The notes: generated from the sequence alone by a model not told the origin. A stretch of DNA of 64,000 nt from an uncultured Acidobacteriota bacterium (GCA_963713825.1 CAVQNG010000034.1:32001-96000); one strand, 5' to 3'; counted from the stretch's first letter, positions 49,332 through 63,428 are shown. Numbers and translations are program-made.

Positions 49332-50453
49332 TCAGGGTGCCTCGATACCCCGATTGTTGCGACGGAATAGGGTCTTCCAGGTCTTGAGATCAGCGGCAAG
49401 CTCCCTCAAGGCCGACGCCCAGGAGCCCCTGGCTATGCTCCATACGAGAAGAGCCGCCAGGAGCACGGCAGAAGCCACTTCTACCAGGCCGGCAGATTCT
49501 CCGGCCCCGATCGCGATCGGTGGACGCAGGGTCATGCCGAGACGATCGAGAGCCAGATCGAGCCCGTAGCCCATTCCAAGAGCGGTTACGATGACGCTAC
49601 CGAGGTAGATGGCGACGAACCTCCTGCCGAAGACCTTCGCGATGACAACCAGCGACGAGGCGTTGGTGGCCGGGCCGGCGAGTAGAAAGACCAGCGCCGC
49701 TCCGGGACTGATTCCTTTGAGCATGAGGGCTGCGGCGACCGGCGTGCTGGCGGAGGCGCACATGTAGAGCGGTACGCCCATCAGCAACATCGTGAAGAGG
49801 GCCCGCGAACCCTGGCCTACCGCGGTCTCCACGAGGCTGTCGGGGACCAGGGCGGTGATGACTCCGGTAAGCAGGAAACCACTGACCAGCCAGAACCCGA
49901 TCTCGTCCACCATGGTGACGAAACCGTAGCGCAGGGCGCGCTGGGTGAGTTGTCGTGGTCCCTCGGAACGAACGGAGGGTGAACAGCACTGGTCCGGCGC
50001 CGGATCGCTCTTGGACCCGACTTCGGGATCCTTCTCAGGGTCCCTGGGCGCGAGCAGTGAGGAAGCAGCTGCCACCAGGCTTGTCACGAGCGCGGCGATG
50101 GGTCGCAGTACTGCCATCAGAGGTCCCATCAGACCCCAGGTGAGCAGGATCGAGTCGACACCTGTCTCCGGTGTTGAGACGAGGAATGCCAGGCTGGCCT
50201 CGCGGCTGGCGCCTTTTCTGGACAGCTCGATGGTCACAGGAACCACAGCGCAGGAGCACAGAGGTAAAGGTATTCCGAGGCAGGCGGCGCGAAACGTGGC
50301 GCCGAATCCCGGCTTCCCGAGCCATCTCGAGATCTTCTCCGATGGAATCAAGACCGCCATCAGGCCCGCGGCTCCGAGCCCCAGGACTACGTAAGGGCTG
50401 GCGACGAGAAATACGCCCCAGGTGGCATTCAGGATCTCGATCAAGGTAGCCAT
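49332..50453 (-). CDS. Permease of the SO_0444/ArsP (DUF318) family, possible metal efflux
   Basis: PLPLCSCAV, FLVSTPETGVDS, PLYMCASASTP, LLAGPATN. Confidence 0.85.
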   Translation of the reverse strand: MATLIEILNATWGVFLVASPYVVLGLGAAGLMAVLIPSEKISRWLGKPGFGATFRAACLGIPLPLCSCAVVPVTIELSRKGASREASLAFLVSTPETGVDSILLTWGLMGPLMAVLRPIAALVTSLVAAASSLLAPRDPEKDPEVGSKSDPAPDQCCSPSVRSEGPRQLTQRALRYGFVTMVDEIGFWLVSGFLLTGVITALVPDSLVETAVGQGSRALFTMLLMGVPLYMCASASTPVAAALMLKGISPGAALVFLLAGPATNASSLVVIAKVFGRRFVAIYLGSVIVTALGMGYGLDLALDRLGMTLRPPIAIGAGESAGLVEVASAVLLAALLVWSIARGSWASALRELAADLKTWKTLFRRNNRGIEAP

Positions 50454-50560
50454 GGTTTTGCCGCGCTGATGGTAGCTGTGCTCCACTTCTGGAGGCAAAT
50501 CCAGGCATCCGATTCGACAGTGGGTTCGATCTCTGTGGTTTGCTAGACTCTGCGGCGCTC

Positions 50561-51934
50561 ATGGATACGAAGAAGCCAGCCCAGCGGGTGGGGATGATCA
50601 GTCTCGGTTGCCCGAAGAACCGGGTCGACAGCGAGATCATGCTGGGTGAGCTCCGCAAGCGGGGGCACGAAATCGTCAGTGAGATCGGCGATGCCGAAAC
50701 CGTCATCGTCAATACCTGTGGCTTCATCGAGGGGGCGAAGCAGGAGTCCATCGACACCATTCTGGAAGTCGCGGCCGCGAAGCAGAGTGGTGTGAAACAG
50801 GTGCTCGTGGCTGGTTGCATGGTGAATCGGGATGCGCCCGAGCTTGCACGGGAGATTCCCGAGATCGATGGCTTCATTGGACTGGACGACCTGCGAGATG
50901 TGGACAAGCTCGTCCAATTGGGCGGTGCCGAGCCGCGACCGCCATCGCCTTCCCACCTCGTCTTCGATCATCAAGCCGAGCGACTTCTGACGACTCCGGG
51001 CTATGCCTACCTGAAGGTTGCGGAGGGATGCGACAACCCGTGCACGTTCTGTGCGATCCCGTTGTGGCGCGGGCGATTCCGCAGCCGAACGATCACCAGC
51101 CTCGTGGAGGAGGCTCGGCGCGTGGAACGCGAGGGGGCTCGTGAGCTGTGCCTCATCGCCCAGGATACGACGCGCTACGGTGAGGACATTGGATTGGGGC
51201 GACACGGTCTGCTGCGACTGGTTGAAGAGCTTTTGTCGTCGACCTCGTTCACGTGGATTCGTTTCCTCTACGCCTACCCGACAACCCTGGACATCAAGTT
51301 GCTCGAGCTCATGGGCCAGGAAGAGCGCTTCGTTTCCTACGTCGACATGCCGCTCCAACACAGCCATCGAGAGATTCTCCGAGCCATGCAGCGCGGTGGA
51401 TCGGGCGAAACCTATCTGGAGTTGCTGGAGACGATCCGCGCCCTGGTTCCTGATGTCTTCCTACGCTCGACCTTCATTGTCGGTTTTCCTGGAGAGGAGG
51501 AGAACCACTTCCAACACCTCATGGACTTCGTGGAGCAGGCTCGTCTCGACCACGTGGGAGCTTTCGCCTACAGTCCCGAGGTAGATACCCCGGCCGCCGA
51601 GTTGCGAGGGCGAGTTCCGAGGACTCTCGCCAGAAACCGGTATGAGCAACTTCTGGAGCGCCAGCGTCCGATCTCTCTGGCGAGTCGGGAGCGGTTGGTT
51701 GGAAAGCGCCTGCAGGTCCTGGTCGAGGGCGCCTGCGACGAGTCGGAGCATCTGCTGGAAGGGCGCCACTACGGCATGGCCCCGGACATCGACGGCAGGC
51801 TCTTGATCAATGATGGGCTGGCACCGGCAGGCGAGATTGTGGAGGTCGAGATCACGGCAGCCTTCCCGGATGATCTGGTGGGGCGAATCGTTGGCCCCCG
51901 CTCAGTCCCCGGAATCCAGATTGCCGGCGGATGA
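50561..51934 (+). CDS. rimO: Ribosomal protein S12 methylthiotransferase
   Basis: SLGCPKN.VDSE, NTCGFI, AEGCDNPCTFCAIP, APDIDG TRAM domain. Confidence 0.95.
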   Translation: MDTKKPAQRVGMISLGCPKNRVDSEIMLGELRKRGHEIVSEIGDAETVIVNTCGFIEGAKQESIDTILEVAAAKQSGVKQVLVAGCMVNRDAPELAREIPEIDGFIGLDDLRDVDKLVQLGGAEPRPPSPSHLVFDHQAERLLTTPGYAYLKVAEGCDNPCTFCAIPLWRGRFRSRTITSLVEEARRVEREGARELCLIAQDTTRYGEDIGLGRHGLLRLVEELLSSTSFTWIRFLYAYPTTLDIKLLELMGQEERFVSYVDMPLQHSHREILRAMQRGGSGETYLELLETIRALVPDVFLRSTFIVGFPGEEENHFQHLMDFVEQARLDHVGAFAYSPEVDTPAAELRGRVPRTLARNRYEQLLERQRPISLASRERLVGKRLQVLVEGACDESEHLLEGRHYGMAPDIDGRLLINDGLAPAGEIVEVEITAAFPDDLVGRIVGPRSVPGIQIAGG

Positions 51935-52920
51935 CGGACGACTTTGCTGCCATGGTAGTCATCGAAGATGCTTGGCGTTGGCCCGAATCTCGCGGCCCCA
52001 GCGTTGTCACCATCGGCAATTTCGATGGCATTCACATCGGTCAACAGGCGATCCTGGATCAACTCGTGAAGCGTCAACGGGCTACGGGGCTCGATTCGGT
52101 AATGGTGACCTTCGAGCCCCACCCACAGACCGTGCTGCGACCGAGTCAATCGCCTCCGCACCTCACGACCCGCAGTCAGAAGCGTGCGTTGGTGGAGCGC
52201 CTGGGGGTGGCCACGATCGCCGAGGTGCGATTCGACGAGGCATTCGCGGAGACGACTGCAGCGCAGTTCGTCGAGACCTTCTTGCACGAGAAGCTCCAGG
52301 CAGTCGAAGTCTATGTGGGGAGCCAGTTCGTTTTCGGGCGTCGCAAGGAGGGGAACCTCGACCTGCTGCAGGAGCTTGGGGGCTCTCTCGGCTTCGAAGC
52401 GTTCGGTGTCGAGGAAGTGGTCTTTGATGGTCGAGCCGTGTCGAGCACCCGGATCCGCCAGGCGATTCATGAGGGCGGCGTCATGGACGCCGCCGCAATG
52501 CTGGGCAGGGCCTATTCCATCTACGGCACCGTTGTGCGTGGAGACGGACGGGGCAAGCTGCTGGGCTGGCCGACGATCAACGTCGCCACGGCTCACGAGT
52601 TGCTACCGAGGGATGGCGTCTACGCATCGAAGGCGTGGCTCCCCGCGGCGGGCCAACTGTTGAATTCGGTGACCAACGTCGGGTCTCGTCCGACCTTCTC
52701 CGCAGGTGGCCAGAGAGTGGTCGAAAGTCATCTCCTGGACTTCGACGAGCAGATCTATGGCAAGAGGGTAGAATTGTGCTTCCTCGAGAGGCTGCGCGGA
52801 GAGCAGGCCTTCCCTTCGGCCGGGGCGCTCACCAGCCAGATCGAACAGGATGTAGGGCAAGCGCGAGAATACTTGCAGCAGGAGAATTGTTTAGAGTTCA
52901 TGCCGACGATCGGCGAGTGA
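51931..52920 (+). CDS. ribF: Bifunctional riboflavin kinase / FAD synthetase
   Basis: IGNFDGIHIGQ, TFEPHP, VSSTRIR, G.PT.N, G.RPTF, LRGE..F. Confidence 0.95.
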   Translation: MTDDFAAMVVIEDAWRWPESRGPSVVTIGNFDGIHIGQQAILDQLVKRQRATGLDSVMVTFEPHPQTVLRPSQSPPHLTTRSQKRALVERLGVATIAEVRFDEAFAETTAAQFVETFLHEKLQAVEVYVGSQFVFGRRKEGNLDLLQELGGSLGFEAFGVEEVVFDGRAVSSTRIRQAIHEGGVMDAAAMLGRAYSIYGTVVRGDGRGKLLGWPTINVATAHELLPRDGVYASKAWLPAAGQLLNSVTNVGSRPTFSAGGQRVVESHLLDFDEQIYGKRVELCFLERLRGEQAFPSAGALTSQIEQDVGQAREYLQQENCLEFMPTIGE

Positions 52921-52994
52921 TGCCGACCGGATGGTGTCGAGCGAATCAACCACTTTGTGAAGCTTCAGGAAGAAGACAACCAAGGAAGGAACCC

Positions 52995-53321
52995 ATGGCA
53001 GACAACATTACGACAGTCAGTTCCGAGAGCTGGGAAGACGATGTGTTGAACTCCGACAGACCCGTCCTGGTCGATTTCTGGGCGGCTTGGTGTGGCCCGT
53101 GCAAGATGGTGGCCCCGGTTCTCGATGAGTTGGCTGGTGAGATGGGCGACAAGGTGCGGGTCGCCAAGTTGAATGTCGATGAGAACCAAGAGATAGCTCT
53201 GAAGTATGGCGTCAGGGGAATCCCGACCTTCATTCTGTTCAAAGATGGCGAAGTCGCGGACCGGATGACCGGAGCGATGCCCAAGAGTGCCTTCGAGCAG
53301 CTCATCGAGCGCAACACCTGA
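52995..53321 (+). CDS. trxA: Thioredoxin
   Basis: DFWAAWCGPCK, GIPT; AAGGAAGG SD. Confidence 0.96.
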   Translation: MADNITTVSSESWEDDVLNSDRPVLVDFWAAWCGPCKMVAPVLDELAGEMGDKVRVAKLNVDENQEIALKYGVRGIPTFILFKDGEVADRMTGAMPKSAFEQLIERNT

Positions 53322-53412
53322 GCACTGTGTGGGCAGGTATTTCTGGTCGGGAGAGGCTGGCCTCGACCGGGGCCCCTCCCGGTGTCGGGTGTCATGAAGG
53401 GGCCAGTCTGCG

Positions 53413-55851
53413 ATGAATCACTACGAGAAACTCGGGCAGTTCTACCTCGGCCGTACCACAGCCACAGACGGCGGCGAGGGCGAGCAGCCCTTGTTGCTGT
53501 ACGAATCGAAGGACCTGCTAACGCATGCCGTTTGCGTTGGCATGACGGGCAGCGGCAAGACGGGGCTCTGCATAGGGCTGATCGAAGAGGCTGCGATCGA
53601 TGGCATTCCTGCCATCGTCGTCGATCCCAAAGGCGACCTCGGCAACCTGCTTCTGACGTTCCCCGAGTTGCGCCCCGAGGATTTTCTGCCTTGGGTCAAC
53701 AAGGACGAGGCCCTCCAGCAGGGCGTCAGCGTCGAGGATTTCGCTGCGAGCCAGGCCGAGTTGTGGAGCAACGGCCTGCAGCAGTGGGGGCAAAGCGGCG
53801 AACGGATCGGCCGGCTTAAGGAGTCGGCCGACTTTGCGATTTTCACACCCGGCAGCGAAGCGGGGTTGCCGATCTCGGTACTGGACTCTTTCAAGGCCCC
53901 GTCACCCACCGATTGGGACGATGCCGACCTGATTCGCGATCGGATCGAGTCCACCGTCACGGGCCTACTCAGCCTTCTGGGGATCGAGGCCGATCCGATC
54001 CAGAGTCCAGAGCACATTCTCCTGTCGAACCTGCTCGAGCACTTCTGGCAGACCGGCACCGACGTCGGCCTGGTCGATCTCATTCAAGGAGTCCAGACAC
54101 CGCCTTTCGATCGGGTCGGAGCCTTCGACCTGGAGACGTTCTACTCGACCTCCAAGCGAACCACTCTGGCCATCAAGCTGAACAACCTCCTGGCTGCACC
54201 CAGTTTTCAAAGCTGGCTCGAAGGAGCGCCCCTCGACCTGGAGGAACTGCTCTACACGGAGTCTGGTCGACCCCGCGTGGCGGTCTTCTCGATCGCCCAC
54301 CTCTCCGACCAGCAGCGCATGTTCTTTGTCACACTCCTACTGAACGAGACTCTGAGTTGGATTCGCCGCCGGCCTGGAACCAACAGCCTGCGGGCCCTCT
54401 TGTACATGGATGAGATCTTCGGTTACCTGCCTCCCGTAGCCGAGCCACCCTCGAAGAAACCCCTTCTGACGTTGCTCAAGCAGGCCAGGGCCTACGGTCT
54501 GGGCGTCGTCTTGGCCACCCAGAACCCCGGCGACCTCGACTACAAGGGCCTGGCGAATATCGGTACCTGGTTCCTGGGCCGACTGCAGGCCGAGCGAGAC
54601 AAGGAGAAGGTTCTCGAGGGTCTCAAGGGAGTGACGGTCGATGGCGGCCCGAGTCGGAAGGAGCTGGACCGACTGCTCAGCGGACTCAAGAAGCGGACCT
54701 TTCTCCTTCACAATGTGAATGAGGACGGCCCGGTGTTGTTCGAGACGAGGTGGGTGATGTCGTACCTGCGGGGGCCTCTGACCCGAGATCAGATCCGCAC
54801 GCTGATGGCTGACCGGAGACTCGAGGAACCGGCGACAGAGGAGGCTGAGAGCACAGAGGCTTCCGCGGCTGACATGTCTGTCTCGGGTTCTGACGAGGCG
54901 GCGGCCGCCCAAGCTCCAGCAGCTGCCCCAACAGGCGCGCTCGAGAGTCCGGAGGTCGATCCCGACGTCGACCAGTACTTCTTTCAGCGGTCCTCAGACG
55001 ATCCCGCCTCGCCTCACTATGTGCCCTTCCTGCTGGGAGTGGGGAAGGTCGACTTTGTCGACCGGAAGACACGGGAGATTCTGTCCACCGACAAGGTCGA
55101 GCTGATCCTGCCACTCGAGGCAGAACAGGGTGAGGTCGATTGGTCGGTAGCCCAGGTCTTCGAGGCCGGGATCGACCAGCTTGGTCGAGAGCCAGCCACG
55201 GAGGCCACGTGGGGGTCGGTTCCTGAAGCGGCTCGAGATTCCACGAGCTACAAGGCGTGGAAGAAGGACCTGGAGGATTCTCTGTATCGGCAGCGCCGAC
55301 TCGAGATGTTCGAGAGCCCAGTGCTGAAGGTGACGTCGCTGCCGAAAGAGCCCGAACGCGATTTCAGAATCCGCCTGGCCGATCTTTCTCGCGCGGAGAG
55401 AGACCGACGGCTCGAAGCGCTGCGGGACTCCTTTTCAACCCGGCGGAGGAAGCTGGAAGATCGTTTGGAGCAAGCCGAAGGCCGTCTGGCGAAAGAAAAG
55501 GATCAGGCGAGTCGGGCCAAGCTGGAGACCGCCGTTTCGATCGGCACCACCCTGCTGTCTGTTCTGACAGGTCGGCGAAGACTCAGTCAGACGACGATCA
55601 ACCGAGCCGGCTCTTCGATTCGCGATGCTCAGGATTCGTCGCGGCAGGCCGAGGATGTTCGAGAGGCGAGAGAGTCGCTGGGGGCTCTCGAGGCGGAGCT
55701 CAGAGGGCTGGAGGAGGACCTGGCCCAGCAGGTAGAGGAGCTGGGACGAGATCTGGATCCGTACGAAGCGGAGCTCAAAACCCTGGTGATCCAGCCACGC
55801 CGAAGCGATGTGGATGTCCGGTCGGTGAGCTTGCTCTGGCTGAGTGACTAG
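53413..55851 (+). CDS. HerA/FtsK-like (DUF87-type) ATPase with C-terminal coiled coil
   Basis: THAVCVGMTGSGKT, VDPKGD, LYMDEIFG, KQARAYG, LATQNP. Confidence 0.85.
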   Translation: MNHYEKLGQFYLGRTTATDGGEGEQPLLLYESKDLLTHAVCVGMTGSGKTGLCIGLIEEAAIDGIPAIVVDPKGDLGNLLLTFPELRPEDFLPWVNKDEALQQGVSVEDFAASQAELWSNGLQQWGQSGERIGRLKESADFAIFTPGSEAGLPISVLDSFKAPSPTDWDDADLIRDRIESTVTGLLSLLGIEADPIQSPEHILLSNLLEHFWQTGTDVGLVDLIQGVQTPPFDRVGAFDLETFYSTSKRTTLAIKLNNLLAAPSFQSWLEGAPLDLEELLYTESGRPRVAVFSIAHLSDQQRMFFVTLLLNETLSWIRRRPGTNSLRALLYMDEIFGYLPPVAEPPSKKPLLTLLKQARAYGLGVVLATQNPGDLDYKGLANIGTWFLGRLQAERDKEKVLEGLKGVTVDGGPSRKELDRLLSGLKKRTFLLHNVNEDGPVLFETRWVMSYLRGPLTRDQIRTLMADRRLEEPATEEAESTEASAADMSVSGSDEAAAAQAPAAAPTGALESPEVDPDVDQYFFQRSSDDPASPHYVPFLLGVGKVDFVDRKTREILSTDKVELILPLEAEQGEVDWSVAQVFEAGIDQLGREPATEATWGSVPEAARDSTSYKAWKKDLEDSLYRQRRLEMFESPVLKVTSLPKEPERDFRIRLADLSRAERDRRLEALRDSFSTRRRKLEDRLEQAEGRLAKEKDQASRAKLETAVSIGTTLLSVLTGRRRLSQTTINRAGSSIRDAQDSSRQAEDVREARESLGALEAELRGLEEDLAQQVEELGRDLDPYEAELKTLVIQPRRSDVDVRSVSLLWLSD

Positions 55852-55896
55852 AGGTTCCCGACCGGTGGGAGTCGACCTGCTGAGCTCGGACTCGGA

Positions 55897-57378
55897 TCAG
55901 CGTTGTCGTTCGACCCAATAGTTGGGAGCTTCCTTGGTGATCAGCACGTCGTGGGCGTGGCTCTCTTTGAGCCCTGCCGAAGTGACTCTGACAAACCGGG
56001 CTTCGGCTCTCAACTCGCCGATGTCACCGCACCCGGCCAATCCCATACCCGACCGTAGCCCTCCCGTCAGCTGCGGCAGCATCTGGTGGACGCTGCCCTT
56101 GTAGGGGACCATGCCTTCGATGCCTTCCGGAACCATCTTGCTGAGCTCCCCGTTGGCGTCTTGAAAGTAGCGATCGGCGCTGCCCTTGGCCATGGCAGAC
56201 AGCGAGCCCATTCCTCGGTAGGCCTTGAAGGTCCGCCCCTGATAGAGGATGGTTTCTCCGGGACTCTCTTCGGTGCCGGCAAACAGTGAGCCGATCATGA
56301 CCGAGTGAGCGCCAGCGGCGATTGCTTTGCTGATATCGCCAGAGAACTTGATGCCACCATCGGCAATCACCGGGATGTCCTTTTCGGTCGCCGCCTCGCA
56401 AGCCTGTTGGATTGCGGTGATCTGTGGCATGCCGGCCCCGGTGACGACTCGTGTGGTGCAGATGGAGCCTGGGCCGATCCCGACCTTGACGGCGTCCACA
56501 TCGCGGTCGATCAGAGCCTGAGCGCCAGCCCGGGTGGCGACGTTGCCGGCGATCAGCTTGATGTCCGGGTACTGCTCCCTGAGAGTCGCGAGGGCCGACA
56601 GGACTCCGGCGCTATGAGCGTGTGAGGAGTCGAGTAGAAGAAAATCCACCTGTGCATCGATCAGAGCGGCTGCCCTATCCAGGCTATCCGTCGAAGCCCC
56701 GACTGCCGCCCCAACGCGTAGCCGGCCCAGCTCGTCCTTGCAGGCGCGGGGGAACTCGATCGCCTTTTGAATGTCCTTGACGGTAATGAGTCCCTTCAGG
56801 CTGCCGGCGGCGTCGACCACCAGCAGTTTCTCGATCTTGTGTTGGTGCAGGAGTGCCTTGGCCTCCTCCAGGGTCGTACCCTCGGCCACTGTGACCAGCT
56901 CCTCCTTGGTCATCAGGTCGTCGATCCGCTTGTCCAGGTTGGTTTCGAATCTGAGATCGCGGTTGGTGAGAATGCCGACGAGCCGACCGCCGTCCGAGGT
57001 CACAGGCACTCCGGAGATCTTGTAGCGCGCCATGACCTCCAACGCCTCGCCAATGCGCTGCTCGGGGCGCATCGTCACCGGATCGACGATCATCCCAGCT
57101 TCACTGCGTTTGACTTTGTCCACCTCTTCAGCCTGCGCGTCGATGGAGAGGTTCTTGTGGATGACGCCAACGCCGCCAGCCTGGGCAACGGCGATCGCCA
57201 GGCGCGACTCCGTGACCGTATCCATGGCCGCTGTGGTCACGGGAATGTTCATGTCGATGCCTCGACACAGGCGGGTCTTCAAATCGACCTCGTTGGGATG
57301 CACCTCGGAGTGACCCGGAGCGATCAGGACATCGTCGAAAGTAAGGGCTTCTTCAGGCAGCTTGTTGTGCTGGCTCAT
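55897..57378 (-). CDS. guaB: IMP dehydrogenase
   Basis: LTFDDVL, CBS pair, [25 protein letters not shown]. Confidence 0.97.
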   Translation of the reverse strand: MSQHNKLPEEALTFDDVLIAPGHSEVHPNEVDLKTRLCRGIDMNIPVTTAAMDTVTESRLAIAVAQAGGVGVIHKNLSIDAQAEEVDKVKRSEAGMIVDPVTMRPEQRIGEALEVMARYKISGVPVTSDGGRLVGILTNRDLRFETNLDKRIDDLMTKEELVTVAEGTTLEEAKALLHQHKIEKLLVVDAAGSLKGLITVKDIQKAIEFPRACKDELGRLRVGAAVGASTDSLDRAAALIDAQVDFLLLDSSHAHSAGVLSALATLREQYPDIKLIAGNVATRAGAQALIDRDVDAVKVGIGPGSICTTRVVTGAGMPQITAIQQACEAATEKDIPVIADGGIKFSGDISKAIAAGAHSVMIGSLFAGTEESPGETILYQGRTFKAYRGMGSLSAMAKGSADRYFQDANGELSKMVPEGIEGMVPYKGSVHQMLPQLTGGLRSGMGLAGCGDIGELRAEARFVRVTSAGLKESHAHDVLITKEAPNYWVERQR

Positions 57379-57400
57379 GATGGACTCACGTGAATGTAGT

Positions 57401-57424
57401 GAAGAGAAGGCCCCCGCAGGGGCC
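57401..57424 (-). terminator. Possible intrinsic terminator after secA
   Basis: Minus strand GGCCCC-TGCG-GGGGCC then TTCTCTTC (weak U-tract). Confidence 0.4.
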
Positions 57425-57497
57425 GGCCGTGGCTAGCGTATCAGAAGCCAGGCGTGGGGAGGCGAAGGGATGGGAGCCGGGTTCCGCCAGCGGCGGC

Positions 57498-60197
<2,700 letters not shown>

Positions 60198-60334
60198 TCT
60201 GGAACTCTCTCTTGAGCTGGAGTAGGGGCAGAGACGCCCCGACAGGCGTTAACAAGGTCAGTGTAGCAAAGATTCCCTCGGACTCCTGGCCGTGCAGCAG
60301 GCCTGGCGGTCCGAATACGAAGGTCTGTTCGGGC

Positions 60335-61210
60335 TCAGGAGCGGCTCGGCCGCTTGTCCAGGATGTAGGCCAGGGGATTGACGGGTTGCCCTTCGACCCG
60401 GACCTCGTAATGCAAATGGAAGCCTGTCGTGCGCCCGGTATTGCCGACGAATCCGATCACTTCGCCGCGGCGGACTCGCTGGCCGGGCTCGACGTTGTAG
60501 CTCGCCAAGTGGCCGTAGCGTGTCACCACTCCATGACCGTGCGACAGATCGACAGAGTTCCCGAGGCGCCCGTTGCGCCGTGCACGCAAGACGACGGCGT
60601 CGGCCGTTGCCTTGACCGGTTGACCCGGGGAGGTGGAGATGTCGATGGCTCGATGCAGGGCGCGCTGTCCCGTGACGGGGTCGCTACGATACCCGTAGCT
60701 GCTGGTCAGAAGGCCGCGAACAGGCGAGATCGAGGGCGTAGCCGCAGCCAACTGCAGTCTCTCAGCCAACTCGGCGCTGATGCTCTGCAGGCCCCGGTCC
60801 AGAAGATCGGCGCGGTCGTTGAGATGTCCGAGCCTACCTTGCTCTGGCAGAAGTAGGTCTTCACCGCCGATGCCTGGGTCCTGTTCGAGTCCCAGGCCGT
60901 CGAGTCCTGCCACGATGGCCAATTGCCGGGTCCGATCCTCGAAGTCGGCCAATTGCCGGGTGAGGTCCCGGACACTGGTCTCAAAGTCCTGGTTGACTTC
61001 CCGGAGACGGAGGTTTTCCTTCTCCAGTTGCGTCAACTGGGCCTTGTCGATTGAGGCAAAAAAGAAGGACCAGGTCGAAACCACCGCCAAGAGCAACAGC
61101 AGCACAGCCGCAAGGGCCGCCACCGCGAGTTGACGCGAGCTGACGGTCCATTTGCGGAACTTGGCGCGCGAATGCGGCACCAAGATGATGGTGTGGTGCT
61201 TCAGTCCCAT
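60335..61210 (-). CDS. M23 family metallopeptidase with TM segment and coiled coil
   Basis: HRAID, TRYGHL, VGNTGRTTG.HLHYEV, VNP. Confidence 0.93.
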   Translation of the reverse strand: MGLKHHTIILVPHSRAKFRKWTVSSRQLAVAALAAVLLLLLAVVSTWSFFFASIDKAQLTQLEKENLRLREVNQDFETSVRDLTRQLADFEDRTRQLAIVAGLDGLGLEQDPGIGGEDLLLPEQGRLGHLNDRADLLDRGLQSISAELAERLQLAAATPSISPVRGLLTSSYGYRSDPVTGQRALHRAIDISTSPGQPVKATADAVVLRARRNGRLGNSVDLSHGHGVVTRYGHLASYNVEPGQRVRRGEVIGFVGNTGRTTGFHLHYEVRVEGQPVNPLAYILDKRPSRS

Positions 61211-61276
61211 GACAATTCGACAAGAGTCAAGGCGGCTAGGTCTTCCCCCAAGAAGAAACTGGCCCGGTCGGGGCCT

Positions 61277-61304
61277 ATTCTACTTTGGCTATGACGACTG
61301 TCAA
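61277..61304 (-). promoter_or_regulatory. Sigma70-type promoter for the M23 peptidase (possibly also secA)
   Basis: Minus strand TTGACA-16 nt-TAGAAT. Confidence 0.65.
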
Positions 61305-61311
61305 GGTGAGG

Positions 61312-61357
61312 GGGCGGAGCCGACAGGAGCGGTTCGGACAACCTGTCGGCTCCACCC
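61312..61357 (-). terminator. 16-bp stem-loop downstream of acs
   Basis: Minus strand GGGTGGAGCCGACAGG-14 nt-CCTGTCGGCTCCGCCC, fully paired with one G:U; no U-tract. Confidence 0.55.
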
Positions 61358-61436
61358 ATCGTTCTCGGGTTTAGCCTTCGTTCGTGCCGCCCGACAGAGG
61401 GTGGCGGATGCGACTCTCAGGCCTGGTCGATGTCGA

Positions 61437-63428
61437 TCAGCCCCTGCCCTCGATCAGGCTCTCGACGACGGACGGATCCGCCAGCGTCGAGGTGTCACCC
61501 AGATTGCCGGTGTCCTTCTCGGCCACCTTGCGAAGAATGCGTCGCATGATCTTGCCCGACCTGGTTTTGGGTAGAGCCGGCGCAAACTGGATGGCCTCCG
61601 GAGTCGCAATTGGTCCGATCTCGGTGCGGACATGCTTCACGAGGGCCATGCGCAGCTCGTCACTGGGTTCGACACCTTCGACCGGAGTCACGAAGGCGTA
61701 GAGACCCTGACCCTTGATGTCGTGGGGTACCGGTGTAACGGCCGCTTCAGCGACCGAGGGGTGACTGACCAGGGCGCTCTCGATCTCGGCAGTTCCCAGA
61801 CGGTGGCCCGAGACGTTGACGACATCGTCGATGCGGCCCATCAGCCAGAAGTCACCATCCTCATCGACTCGGCAGCCATCGGCCGTGAAGTACAGATCGG
61901 AGTACATTGTGAAATAGGTGTCGATGAAACGGTCGTGATCGCCCCACATGGTGCGCATCATGCCCGGCCAGGGTTTGCGCACGCAGAGCTTGCCGCCCTC
62001 ATTGGCATCGCACTCGCTGCCATCGTCGCGCAGAACGACTGCATCGACTCCAAAGAAGGGTCGCGAGGCGCTTCCAGGCTTCAGGGTGTGCGCACCCGGG
62101 AAGGGCGTGATCATGAAGCCACCGGTTTCCGTCTGCCACCAGGTGTCGACAATCGGGCAGCGCCCGTGTCCAATGCGGTCGTAGTACCACATCCAGGCCT
62201 CGGGGTTGATCGGTTCGCCGACTGTGCCGAGCACTCGCAGCGAGTCCAGCTTGTACTTGGCAGGCCACTCATCGCCCAGCCGCATCAGCGCCCGCAAAGC
62301 GGTCGGCGCCGTATAGAAGACCGTGACGCCGAACTTGTCACAGATCTGCCAGAAGCGGCCGGCGTCGGGGTAGGTCGGCACACCCTCGAACATGAGCGAG
62401 GTGGCACCGTTCGCCAGCGGTCCGTAGACGATGTAGCTGTGGCCTGTCACCCAGCCGATGTCGGCGGTGCACCAGTAGATGTCGTCGTCATGGACGTCGA
62501 AAATGAGCTTGTGAGACAGGCTCGTATGCATCAGGTAGCCGCCGGTCGTGTGAACCACGCCCTTGGGCTTGCCGGTGGAGCCGGAGGTGTAGAGGATGAA
62601 GAGCATGTCCTCGGCGTTCATGGGCTCCGCTTCGCATTCGGTGTCGACCTTGGCCATCTCATCGCCGTACCAGACATCCCTGCCCTCCTGCATGCCGCAG
62701 GGCTCGTCATTGACCTTCACCACGATCACCGTCTCGACCGATGGAGTTTCCTTGACAGCCTCGTCGACGATGTCCTTGAGGTGGATCTGCTTGCCGGACC
62801 GGCGCAGGATATTGGCCGTGATGATCATCTTGCAGTCGGAGTCGTTGACGCGGCCGCGGATCGCCTCGGCGCTGAAGCCGCCGAAGATCACGGAGTGGAT
62901 GGCGCCGATTCGCGCACAAGCCAGCATGGCGACTGCCAGCTCTGGAACCATCCCTAAGTAGACGGCGACTCGATCGCCCTTCTGGATGCCGTGGGCCTTG
63001 AGAACGTTGGCGAATCGACGGACCTCGTCGTAGAGCTCGCGATAGGTGATGTGCTGGACCGCGTCCTCTTCTTCACCTTGCCAGATGATCGCCGTCTTGT
63101 TCTCGATGGGCGTTCCCATGTGCCGATCGAGACAGTTGTAGGACACATTGAGGGCACCGTCGGCAAACCAGGTGTGCTCGATGCGGCGGTTCTCGGTGTC
63201 CCAGACGTACTCGAGTGTCTTCGTGGGCTCCTTGAACCAGGACAGGCTCTTGGCCTGCTCGAGCCAGAATTCGTCGGGTTGCTCGATCGACATGCGCCAC
63301 ATCGTCTCGAACTCTTCCGGGCTCGAGATGTGTGCCCTGCCACGAACTTCTTCGGACGGAGGGAAGGTCCGCTTCTCGGTCATCAGAGATTCGATGGACT
63401 TTTTCTTGGATTCCATGATTGTGCTCAT
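61437..63428 (-). CDS. acs: Acetyl-CoA synthetase
   Basis: [47 protein letters not shown]. Confidence 0.97.
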   Translation of the reverse strand: MSTIMESKKKSIESLMTEKRTFPPSEEVRGRAHISSPEEFETMWRMSIEQPDEFWLEQAKSLSWFKEPTKTLEYVWDTENRRIEHTWFADGALNVSYNCLDRHMGTPIENKTAIIWQGEEEDAVQHITYRELYDEVRRFANVLKAHGIQKGDRVAVYLGMVPELAVAMLACARIGAIHSVIFGGFSAEAIRGRVNDSDCKMIITANILRRSGKQIHLKDIVDEAVKETPSVETVIVVKVNDEPCGMQEGRDVWYGDEMAKVDTECEAEPMNAEDMLFILYTSGSTGKPKGVVHTTGGYLMHTSLSHKLIFDVHDDDIYWCTADIGWVTGHSYIVYGPLANGATSLMFEGVPTYPDAGRFWQICDKFGVTVFYTAPTALRALMRLGDEWPAKYKLDSLRVLGTVGEPINPEAWMWYYDRIGHGRCPIVDTWWQTETGGFMITPFPGAHTLKPGSASRPFFGVDAVVLRDDGSECDANEGGKLCVRKPWPGMMRTMWGDHDRFIDTYFTMYSDLYFTADGCRVDEDGDFWLMGRIDDVVNVSGHRLGTAEIESALVSHPSVAEAAVTPVPHDIKGQGLYAFVTPVEGVEPSDELRMALVKHVRTEIGPIATPEAIQFAPALPKTRSGKIMRRILRKVAEKDTGNLGDTSTLADPSVVESLIEGRG

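Noticed and set aside
60198-60334. Possible SecM-like leader upstream of secA
   Set aside because: No suitable ORF in the gap, and the M23 C-terminus (DKRPSRS) has no arrest-like motif.
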